Shown here: positions 52,896 through 64,000 of the stretch, piece by piece
How positions within the stretch are numbered: position 1 is the stretch's first letter
How the letters are laid out: every line of letters starts with the position of its first letter
DNA from: the human T2T-CHM13v2.0 reference genome, Homo sapiens
Assembly: GCF_009914755.1 (NCBI RefSeq)
Contig: NC_060925.1
Length of the DNA stretch: 64,000 bases
Direction: 5' to 3' (one strand)
Made by a program: the position numbers and the translations under genes
The notes under the pieces: model-generated
Told to the model about the DNA's origin: nothing
What the model saw: the letters and a program-made list of their open reading frames with translations, nothing else
The model's database searches: none

Positions 52896-54828
52896 GAAAG
52901 TAATGTTAGAAGCATATTAGAAGTTCATTTTTCCTCTATTTTCCTTTTTACATATGCATAAGTGAGATATGTGATAAAATCTATGTGTAAGAAAATGCAC
53001 TATAGCTTTTACAGGGAGTGAAAAAATACAAATTCCAAGTTATGATTAGCATTGTGTTGTGACTTAATTGACAGCATTTTAAATTTTGTAGTCATACATT
53101 AAGTAATAATGAATCTTACAACTGGTAGTATTTAGGATTTGACTTAATAATTACATCTCCTAACTGGTTTTCCTAACCCTATCCCCGTGCTTCAGAAATT
53201 TTTCTCCTTTATTCATTGAAGAACAGTCCTTTTCTAGACTTTATTTCTCCTGGGCCTTCCCAGGAGATTAGTCAAATTAGACATTGATATAAGCCATGAT
53301 AGCTTCAAAGGAAGTAACAGCTTCGTGTACTAATGAATCAAATTAATACATTTGCATTTATCAATGATTTTTGGATCTCAGTAGTTCAAGAGAATAATTT
53401 TAATTATACGTACCTCAGGTGCCATGATTAGCATATGCTTATACCAACAATTGCTTGTTACTAACAGCTGTTCTCAGATTCTTCCCATGAGCCCTATATG
53501 GGCTCAGTGAAGGACACTGTTTTTATTATTTAAAAAATAAAATGTAGGTTTATATTTGTATATAACAGCATATATTCATGTAGAAAATGTGGAAAATACA
53601 TAAATCTGGAAAAATGGCAGAATATCCATAATCTTACAGAGAAGGAACCTACAGGTAACATTTTCTTATATTTCTTGTCATTTTGTTGTTTTATATAATT
53701 GTAATCACGTGTCTATATATATAGTAGTGTTTTCTTTTTTATGTAACACTAACAGTTTACTATGCTATGAGGCTAATTATATACAATATTTTAACGTCTG
53801 TATACTATTTAATCAACTACATAGGCTTCATGTTCCTGTAGTTACAAATTGGGGTTATTTTCAATTTGTATCTCTTCAGTAAATATCTTTTAACCCAAAG
53901 TATTTTTTCTTGTGTAATTTCAAGTTAATTTTTAGACTTCAATCTAGACATAGACTCAGAATCCGTTGTAAAAGGGGATGCACCTTCTTATTTTATATTT
54001 CTATCATTGAATTCCTTTCTAAATGCTTTAAAATGTTTTGTAGTCCTAACAGCACTATATAAATGCACATGAACTTATTTTTCATCAAAGATGAAAAACA
54101 CATTTGTCTAACATTTTCTTTCAAGATTCTTTGATTTTCTATCAATAGAAATATTAAATATCAAACAAAAACCCTGTTTTAATAAAGAAATAGGCTGACA
54201 CAGACAAGCATTAGACAAAACAAAGCAAAAGAAATAAATAAGCATGTGATACGTAATAGAACTTTAACAATATAAGATTAAAAGAATTCCAAAGTGTATC
54301 AGGCCTTGGATCATTGACTGTTTTTGGCTAACAATTTAGAAATCCTTAAGTGTGAAGGTAAGTTAAAAATGATGAGATCCTTTCTTCCTATATAATATTG
54401 ACAACGTATATTTATATTTCTGCTCTAATTGCATAATGTTGTGCTAATATAAAGATCCATGGGCTGACATAACACTCTGTTTAGTCAGAAATCTTCTTGC
54501 TCATAGAAATCTATTCCTAGATACACAGTTTCTCAAAGTTCACTTTGAGAATTGAGTTTTCCTGGGGATATTTGTAATTTCACTATGTTTGCCAAATATT
54601 TCCCATTAATCACTCTGGGGATATTTCATTGTCTGCTTACATGGCCTTGTCAACTGCAGTCTTTTTTAATTCTAAGCACTTTATGTTCCACATGCTGATA
54701 CAATGGGACATATTAAAAATTACTAGTTCCGATGGGAGAAAGATCTTTGCAATCGAGGCGCAAACATGCTGTAACTCTTTCTCTATGCAATTAAATGTCT
54801 TTACTATCTCACAGAGTTCAGCATTTTT

Positions 54829-56221
54829 TTTTTTTTTTTTTTTTGCTTTAAGTTCTGGGGTACATGTGCAGAACGTGCCGGATTGTTACATACACGTGCC
54901 ATGGTTGTTTGCTGCACCCATCAACCCATCATCTACATTAGGTATTTCTCCTAATGTTATCCCTCCCCCAGCCCCAAACCCCCAACAGGCACCAATGTGT
55001 GATGTCCCCCTGCCGCAGTGTTCATGTGTTCTCATTGTTCAACTCCCACTTATAAGTGAAAACATGCGGTGTTTGGTTTTCTGTTCTTGTGTTAGTTGAC
55101 TGAGAATGATGGTTTCCAGCTTCATCCATGTCCCTGCAAAGGACATGAACTCATCCTTTTTTATGGCTGCATAGTATTCCATGGTGTATATGTGCCACAT
55201 TTTCTTTATCAATTCTATCATTGATTGGCATTTTGGTTGGTTTCAAGTCTTTGCTATTGTGAACAGTGCCACAATAAACATACATGTGCATGTGCCCTTA
55301 TAGTGGAATGATTTATAATCCTTTGGGTGTATACCCAGTAATGGGATTGCTGGGTTAAATGGTATTTCTAGTTCTAGATCCTTGAGGAATCGCCACACTG
55401 TCTTCCACAATGGTTAAACTAATTTACACTCCCACCAGCAGTGTAAAAGCATTCCTATTTCTCCATATCCTCTCCAGCATCTGTTGTTTCCTGACTTTTT
55501 AATGATCACCATTCTAACTGGCATGAGATGGTATTTCATTGTGATTTTGATTTACATTTCTCTAATGACCAGTGATGAGGAGCTTTCTTCATGTGTTTGT
55601 TGGCTGTGTAAATGTCTTCTATTGAGAAGTGTCTGTTCATATCCTTCACCCACTTTTTGATGGAGTTGTTTGTTTTTTCTTGTAAATTTGATTAAGTTCT
55701 TTGTAGATTCTGTATACTAGCCCTTTGTCAGATGGATAGATTGCAAAAATTTTCTCCCATTCTGTAGGTTGCCTGTTCACTCTGATGATAGTTTCTTAAG
55801 ACAATCCTAAGCAAAAACAACAGAGCTGGAGGCATCATGCTACCTGACTTCAAACTATACTACAAGGCTACAGTAACCAAAACAGCATGATACTGGTACC
55901 AAAACGGGTATGTAGACCAATGGAACAGAACAGGGGCCTCAGAAATAATGCCACACATCTACAATCATCTGATCTCTGACAAACCTGACAACAACAAGCA
56001 AGGAGGAAAGGATTCCCTATTTAATAACCACACATCTGCAATCATCTGATCTTTGACAAACCTGACAAAAACAAGCAATGGGGAAAGGATTCCCTATTTA
56101 ATAAATGGTGTTGGGAAAACTGGCTAGCCATATGCAAAAAGCTGAAACTTGATCCCTTCCTTACACCGTATACAAAAGTTAACTCAAGATGGATTAAAGA
56201 CTCAAACGTAAGACCTAAAAC
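54829..56221 (-). mobile_element. L1PA7/8-like element with a 5' inversion: minus part 54829-55797, inverted plus part 55798-56221
   Basis: The polyT and 3'UTR are on the left and the strand flips at 'gtttctt|aagacaatcc'. 14-bp TSD agttcagcattttt (54815-54828 / 56222-56235). Confidence 0.92.
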
Positions 56222-58205
56222 AGTTCAGCATTTTTATGTTTTATCATTTAAATTTCCTTCCCACATTGATTTCATTTATCAAAGTCCTAACCTAGTTTGT
56301 AATCCATAAGAAAAATACATCAATTAATGTCAGTTGTTATTAAACATTTATATCTTTATTTTTAGTAACTACAATAATAAATATTATAATTTTCAAGTCA
56401 TTAATTATATTTATTAATATTAAATTTAAATATTTTAAAATTATTATTAAATAAAACAATGTTTATTGTTTTAGATTTGCATTCCATTAGTCTACTTATC
56501 TTTTCCCCAAAGTTTTCATTGTCCTAATCATATCTTTGATGTCTTAATTTAGCTATAGAGAATCTGATCCATACCAAATTTTGATTACATGATTGGACAA
56601 TTTGAATTTATAAAAATAACATTCTTAATCCTTTTTACACCCACTACTCTCCTTCTGCCTAGCCAAATATGGTGTCATCATCCTTTGATTCTGCTATACT
56701 TACTAATTACTCTATCTCCACCCAACAATTTATTGAGTAAATTTATGAGAAAATACAACTTTGATTTTTCACATATCACTCATATTACATACCACATGCA
56801 GTTTGACTTGTATGCTTACTATTCTTCTCAGACTACTCATTCCAACCTCATTATTGATTATCTAGTTGAAGAAAGGATTTTTTTCTCACTATTCATTTGA
56901 ATTAAATAAACTGTTTTAAGTTCTTTGAGAAATCTCCACACTGCTTTCCGCAGTGGCTGAACTAATTTACATTCCCATCAGCAGTATATAAGTGGTCCCT
57001 TTTCTCCACAACCTGGCCAACATCTGTCATTTTTTCACTTTTTAGTAATAGCCATTCTGACTGGTATGAGATGGTAATGCATTATGGTTTTGATTCACAT
57101 TTCTCTAATGATTAGTGATTTTGAGCATTTTTTCCCATATACTTTTTGACCACATGCAAGTCATCTTTTGAGAAGTGTCTGTTCGTGTCCTTTGCCCACT
57201 TTTTAATGCGGTTATGTTTTGCTTGTTGGCTTGTTACAGATTATGTACGTTACACCTTTGTCAGATGTGTAGTTTGTAAATATCTTTTCCCATTCTGTAG
57301 GTTGTCTGTTTACTCTATGGATAGTTTCTTTTGCTGTGCAGAAGCTCTTTAATTAGGTCACATTTGTCAACTTTTGTTTCTGTTGCAATTGCTTTTGGAG
57401 ACTTGGTCATAAACTCTTTGCTGTGGCCCATGTCCAGAATGGTATTTCCTAGGTTTTCTTCTAGTGTTTTTAGGATTTTAGGTCTTACATTTAAATCTTT
57501 AACCCTCCTTGATCTAATTTTGGTATATGATGAAAGAAAGGGTCTAGTTTAAATCTTCTGCATATAGTTAGCCAATTATCCCATCACCACTTATTAGATA
57601 GAGAGTACTTTCCCCATTTACTTGTTACCAACTTTGTTGAAGATCAGATGGTTGTAGGTGTGTGGCCTCATGTCAATTCTTTATCCTGTTCCATTTATCT
57701 ATATGTCTGTTTGTGTACCAGTATCATGCTGTTTTGGTTACTATATTCTTGTAGTATAGCTTGAAGTTAGGTGGTGTGAAGCTTCTGGCTTTTCTCTTTT
57801 TGTTAGAATTGTTTTGGGTATTCAGGTTTTTGTTGTTGTTGTTTCATATGTGTTTCAGGATAGTTTTTTCTAATTCTGTGAAAAATGACATTGGTAGTTT
57901 CATGGACATAGCATTGAATCTGTAAACTGCTTTGGGCAGTATGGTCATTTTAACAATATTTGTTACTTTCTACCTATGAGCATGAAATGTTACTCCATTT
58001 GTTTGCATTGTCTCTGCTTTGTTTCATCAGAGATTTGTAATTCTCATTATAAAGACCTTTCACTTCCTTGGTTAGCTGTATTCCTAGGTATTTTATCCAT
58101 TTTCTGGTTATTGTAAATTGGGATTGAATTCTTGATTTGACTGTCAGCTTGGACGTTATTGGTGTATAGAGATGCTACTGATTACAGAACTACCATTTGA
58201 CTTAG

Positions 58206-58567
<362 letters not shown>

Positions 58568-58947
58568 GACACAAGCACTCTTATGTTCATTGCAGCACCA
58601 TTCACAATAGCAAAGACCTGTAATCAGCCTAGCTGCACATCAGTGGTGGACTGGATAAAGAAAATATGGTATATATACAAAATGGAATGCCACACAGCCA
58701 TAAAAACAAATAAAATCATGTCTTTTGTAGCAACAGGTCTTTTGTAGCCACATGGGCACAGCTGGAGGCCATTATCCTAAGCAAATTAATGCAGGAACAG
58801 AAAACCAAATACCACATACTCTCACTTGTGAGTGGGAGCTAGACATTGGGTAAATATGGACATAAAGATGGCAGTAGTAGACACTGGGGACTACAGGAGT
58901 GGAGAGGTTGGGAGGAGATTAATGAGTTAAAAAAACTACCTATTGAG

Positions 58948-59239
58948 GGCCAGGCGCGGTGGCTCACGCCCATAATCCTAGCACTTTGGGAAGCCGAGGC
59001 GGGTGGATCACGAGGTCAGGAGATCAAGACCATCCTGGCTAACATGGTGAAACCCCATCTCTACTAAAAAATACAAAATTGGCCGGGTGCAGTGGTGGGC
59101 GCCTGTAGTCCCAGCTACTGGGGAGGCTGAGGCAGGAGAATGGCGTAAACCGGGAGGCGGAGTTTGCAGTGAACCTAGATAGCGCCACTGCACCTCCAGC
59201 CTGGGCGGCAGAGCGAGACTCTGTCTCAAACAAAAAAAC
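58948..59239 (+). mobile_element. AluY-like
   Basis: 'gatcacgaggtcaggagatcaagaccatcctggctaac' and 'agaatggcgt'. 18-bp TSD aaaaaactacctattgag (58930-58947 / 59240-59257). Confidence 0.92.
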
Positions 59240-59494
59240 AAAAAACTACCTATTGAGTACTATGCTCACTACTTTGGTGATGGGATCATTAGTATACCAA
59301 ACCTCAGTGACATGCAATTTACCCGTATAAAAAACCTGCACATGTACTCCTTGAACCTAAAAGTTGAAAAAAAAATTAATTTAATTTATAAGCACATACT
59401 TATCCTTAAAACTCTTTTCTTCCTTGATCTCAGCGACATTGCACTTTGTGATTATAATTTTACCACTCTTTAATTAGAGATCACACATAAACTT

Positions 59495-59950
59495 TCCAAT
59501 TGTAAATCGCTGTAACTCCTCCCTGTAAAAGTCTAAGACAGGCTGGGCGTGGTGGCTCATGCCTGCAATCCCAGCACTTTGGGAGGCCTAGGCAAGCAGA
59601 TCACTTGAGTTCAGGAACTTGAGACCAGCCTGGCTAACATGGCAAAACCCCATCTCTACTAAAAAAAAAAAAAAAAGCAAAAATTAGCTGGACATGGTGG
59701 TGCATGCCTGGAGTCCCAGCTACTCGGGAGGCTGAGGTAGGAGAATTGCTTGAACCTGGGAAGCAGAGGTTGCAGTGAGCCAAGATCACACACCATTGCA
59801 CTCCAGCCTGGGCCACACAGAGAGACTGTCTTAAAAAAAAAAAAGGTCTAAGACAAACCACACTGATCTTGACATCTTGAGTGGTCTCCCTATTGCAATA
59901 GCAGGAATAAAATCAATGTACTTATTTGCTTGTTTACTGTGTTTGACAGT
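59495..59950 (+). mobile_element. ERV1-type LTR 3' fragment (MER31/MER4-group-like) split by an Alu
   Basis: 'gtctccctattgcaatagcaggaataaa' resembles the polyA-signal region of MER4-group LTRs. Confidence 0.4.
59541..59843 (+). mobile_element. AluS (Sx/Sz-like)
   Basis: Full dimer with an expanded A linker. TSD aaaagtctaagaca / aaaggtctaagaca. Confidence 0.92.
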
Positions 59951-61559
59951 GACTTTAGATTAACCTCTCCCAATTCATTTCTTTCCATTTTGTGCAAACA
60001 ATCTGATTTTGTTTTCTCCTGACTCACCATCAACCTCACCCTTAAAAGTATAATTCCTTCAGAAATGTTGTTCTTTTTAAAAATTGCATTACCTGAGTAA
60101 TCAAATTATTTGAAAATATTCAACTTCCATCAAATGGATACCTCTCTCTGAATCTCCAGGCATGTACTTTCAACTCCTCACTGAACATCTCCAGGCAATC
60201 ATGTATCTGTTCTTCACATTCAACATGTCCCAGATCAAACTCATTGATTTTCCCCTCCCTGCTTCATCCTGATCTTCCTCATAATTTTGTTATTGATAAT
60301 TTACATTACTATCTAGTCAGTTTTCTAAACTAGAAAACATATCTTTGGCTCTTCCCTTACACCCAATATACAATTAATCACTCTGTCTCCTCTTTATTTC
60401 TCTTCTATACTGACTTCATTTAGTTTCATCACCTGTCAGTTAAAAAGACTACAGTAAATTTAAATCAAATCCCCCTTCCTGAGGTCATAATCTCCCTCCA
60501 AATCACCCTCAACAGTGTTACTAAAATTGTCTTCTCGAATGCAAATTTGATATCACCTAGTTATCAAAACATATCTAATTCCTTAAGTTGGTACCAAAGA
60601 TCCTTTGGCATCTGAACCCATCCAATCTCTCCAAACTTAAACTGTGTTCTAGAAATAAATGCCAAGATGTCAAACTGCCTGCCATGCATTGTAGATGTTC
60701 CCCATCAGTCATGTTCATGCTCTAACAGTGTGGAATGCTCATTGCCTTCTTGCCTATCTGATGTCTTTAAAGCTCTATGCAAACATTTCTTCCCAGAAAT
60801 GTCTCACAAGCTCTTTCTTTATATTGAGTTATATATCCCTCCTATGGTTTTTATAGTGTTCACAATACACTGCATTGTAATTGTTCAATTGTTTTACTCA
60901 TACATAGTCTTTCTAGCACCACAGAAATAAATAGGGTCACTCTATTTCTATGTTCTTATAAACTAGCAGATTGCCTTGCCATGTCCATCCATTGTCCCTG
61001 GAGGGATTTCCGTTCAGGCTTCTTCTCTTACACTTATTAAACTGCAAAGACTTTGGTGCTAATATTAGTGTCCCACCAGACCATGTTGGTTTATAATCTT
61101 CTTGATAAGGATGTTGAAAATAAAATTACAATTCCAACTACCTGTCATTTTCATAAGAATGGGCACTCCTTTAAACAAAACAAACAAAGAAATGCCAATA
61201 TAAAAACCCTTCATATGAATAAAGAGAGGGTCTCAGCCTGGGAAAAGCCACACAGCACAGGTTTGGAGAAAAACTAATCATTACATGCACAGCTTTATAG
61301 GAAAATTTACCTTTTGCTCTATCATCCCCTATGTTTCCAAAGGTCAAGAACCAAGACAATTGTTATTGCTATTACTTTTTTTATTATAAATTAAAAAGAC
61401 ATTTTAAATATAAAAAGTCATTTTTTTCCAGGGAAAGAGCAAGATGAATGGCTATATCAGATAAGTACTGGGGTAATTTTAAACTACTTTTAAGAGATTT
61501 TTCTCATTGCCTGGAATCTGGTGCCAGACTTTTAGTTAACACATCTCTAGTTGTTTTTT

Positions 61560-61830
61560 TACTTTATTTTGTTTTGTTTGTTTGTTTATTTATTTATTGG
61601 AGACGAGTCTCACTCTGTCACCCAGGCTGGAGTGCAGTGGCGCAATATCAGCTCACTGCAACCTCCACCTCCTGGGTTCAAGTGATCCCCTGCCTCAGCA
61701 TCCTGAGTAGCTGAGATTACATGTGCCCATCACCACACCTGGCTAATTTTTGTATTTTTAGTAGAGACAGGGTTTCACCACATCGGCCAGGCTTTGCTGG
61801 GATTACAGGGGTGAGCCGCCGTGCCCGGCC
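61560..61830 (-). mobile_element. AluS with an internal left-arm deletion, inserted in the tail of an older Alu monomer
   Basis: 'cggccaggct|ttgctgggattacagg' lacks about 50 nt of the left arm. Confidence 0.85.
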
Positions 61831-62000
61831 TTTTTTTTTTTTTTTTCCTTTATTTTTTCCAGACACAGTCTTGCTCTGTTGCCTGGGCTGGAGTGCACTG
61901 GCACAATCACTGTAGCCTCAGACTCCTGGGCTCAAGCGATCCTTCCACCTCAAGCCTCCAAAAGTGCTGGGATTATAGGCATGACTCACCATGCCTGGCC
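61831..62000 (-). mobile_element. Alu monomer (FRAM-like or arm-recombinant AluJ)
   Basis: A left-arm start is fused to a right-arm end. TSD tctagttgtttt (61546-61557 / 62002-62013) encloses both Alus. Confidence 0.8.
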
Positions 62001-62249
62001 TTCTAGTTGTTTTGAAATTACTCATAGTTTCTGAGACTCAAATTCTGTCAATTTTATTAATCATTCTCTTCAGTGAAGAGAATAACAAATGTCAACTATT
62101 TTGACCTTCCAAATTTAAAGTACAAAGTCCTTTACCTCACAGGCAGCATGCAGGATTAGAATATAGTGTTTTTAGTCAGATATTCCAGTGTTCGCCGTGA
62201 AAACATCTTTTTCAGAAATGGTAAAACTCATTGAGACTTTTCCGCCTGA

Positions 62250-62372
62250 CAAATCTGGTTTGAATTCTGACTCTGCACATAAGAGACTTTGAGACTTTGG
62301 CCAATTTAATAAACACGTCCAACCTTAGTGTTCTCATGTATAAAATAGGAGTAAGCATATTGACCCATAGAA
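62250..62372 (+). mobile_element. MIR SINE fragment
   Basis: 'ctggtttgaattctgactctgcac...ccttagtgttctcatgtataaaatagg'. Confidence 0.65.
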
Positions 62373-63052
62373 GACTCTGGTGTTTTTCTTTTTGTTTGTT
62401 TGTTTGTTTTGCATAATATCCCTTCCCACCTTCTTTTTCTTCCTAAGGAAACTGACATTTTTCAGATACCTACCCCACATCTAAATAGCTATGTATGTAA
62501 AATAAACCTCAGGAGACTCTCAGAGATAGGTCTAATTAAAACCCATTTCCTTTTCCAATGATTGTATTAGGAATAGACATATGTTCATATGTCCCAATTC
62601 CTAAGACCCTGTGGGCCTTGATAAATTTTATTCAACACTTTGCCGAAGAGTGTGATGATTGTCCTAAAAGCTTCATTGGGTAAGTAAGGGGATGGAGATC
62701 GTTTGCCTAAATACCACCTAGCCTCGTTCTCCATTCTCCTCCTCCCAATTCAGTTTTTCATCTTATAAATACTAAGAACTAATGCTCCTTTTTAATATCA
62801 ATGATTTTCTCAATTGCTTAGTTTATGATGACTTCATTAAGTGAAGGAAGCATATCTGATTTCAGTTTCTAGTGGCTCCGCCCACATGGAGTGAAGGGGA
62901 AGGCTGTGAGTGGAATAAGTATTAGTAAGAATGGAGGGTTTGGTGAGAAGGTTATAGTTGGTTTTGTGTTTTCATAGATTTTATTGAAAATTTAGAAAAT
63001 AACTCCACAAGAATTATATTTTCCTCATTACTCCAACAAATTTTATATATGT

Positions 63053-63092
<40 letters not shown>
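63053..63092. repeat. (CA)n microsatellite
   Basis: About 19 CA units abutting an Alu. Confidence 0.95.
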
Positions 63093-63093
<1 letters not shown>

Positions 63094-63365
63094 AGACATG
63101 GTGGCTCATGCCTGTGATCCCAGCACTTTGTGAGGCTGAGGTAAAGGATCCTTTGAGGCCAAGAGTTCAAGACCAGCATGGACAGCATAGTAAGACTGCA
63201 TCTTTAAAAAAAAATTAGCCAGATGTGTTGATACATGCCTGTATACCTCGCTACTCAGGAGGCTGAGGCAAGAGGATCTCCTGAGCTCAGTAGTTCAAGG
63301 CTGCAGTGAGCTATAATCCTATCACTGCTCTCCAACCTTGGTGACAGAGGGAGACCCTGTCTCAA
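63092..63365 (+). mobile_element. AluJ without an A tail
   Basis: 'ggtggctcatgcctgtgatcccagcac...gttcaaggctgcagtgagctat...gagaccctgtctcaa'. Confidence 0.88.
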
Positions 63366-64000
63366 CGTATTTGTGTGTGCATATATGTGTTTGTGTATAT
63401 ATTATTTTGGCCCTGTATCCTACAAAATAATAACTGAATATTTTCTATGAAGGACACATCTATCTCCACTGTATTCTCATTAGAGCTCCCTCATATGGAT
63501 ACATAATGATTGAAACAATGGAAAAATCAGCTCTCTCTAGCTCCTAGGACTGTCCTCTGACCATGGGCCATGGTACCAAGGAATTCAGTTTGTCTCACCA
63601 CATTACAAAGTGATCACATTCTGTTCTTCATCTTAATCTTTGAAATTCTCTCTAAATGTACCCCTGTACAAATGTTCTGGGCAAACTGATGTTCTCATTA
63701 TCTTCCAAATACACTATCTGGTCTTTCCTAACCTGGCTCCTCCCTATAGCATATTGCCTCTTACTGTCCCCTCTATTCACCCCACATTTATGATAACTCT
63801 TCTTGGTAAAGCTGGTTGCTGAGTAGGATATCAACAAAATCTTGGAGGTAAAAATTTTGTCCCAAGCCCTGCTACCAAAGATCTGAAGTTATGTAGAGCT
63901 ATCACAGTGAAATAGGATAGGCCCACTGAGTGTTTGTTAGACAAGGTAAGCAAGGAATTCGTGGAAATAGAAAATTATGTAAAGGAAAAGAGTTGACTGG

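Noticed and set aside
54629-55099. 156-aa ORF
   Set aside because: It reads from unique DNA through polyT into an antisense L1 3'UTR, so it is a chance ORF.

Overview
AT-rich primate (almost certainly human) non-coding DNA built mostly from nested transposable elements: L1s of many ages (L1PA2 to L1MC/HAL1), about 13 Alus including a young AluYa5, an MSTA LTR-int-LTR provirus, two solo MSTB LTRs, a decayed ERV-L pro-pol segment, MER2, MIRs and L2. I find no intact host protein-coding gene, RNA gene or CRISPR array, and the longest ORFs are broken L1 ORF2 pieces. I do not see a new gene system. The most interesting signals are: (i) a ~60-nt polyadenylated, TSD-flanked retrocopy of the 3' end of an ERV LTR transcript (LTR2/HERV-E-like) at 23.2 kb; (ii) a multi-template insertion inside the MSTA provirus plus four smaller snap-back or templated scars; (iii) two twin-primed L1 inversions; (iv) a lone Hsmar1/MADE1 ITR; (v) a candidate non-coding exon with near-consensus splice signals. 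Subfamily calls come from my recall of consensus sequences, not from a RepeatMasker run, and boundaries of old elements are approximate.
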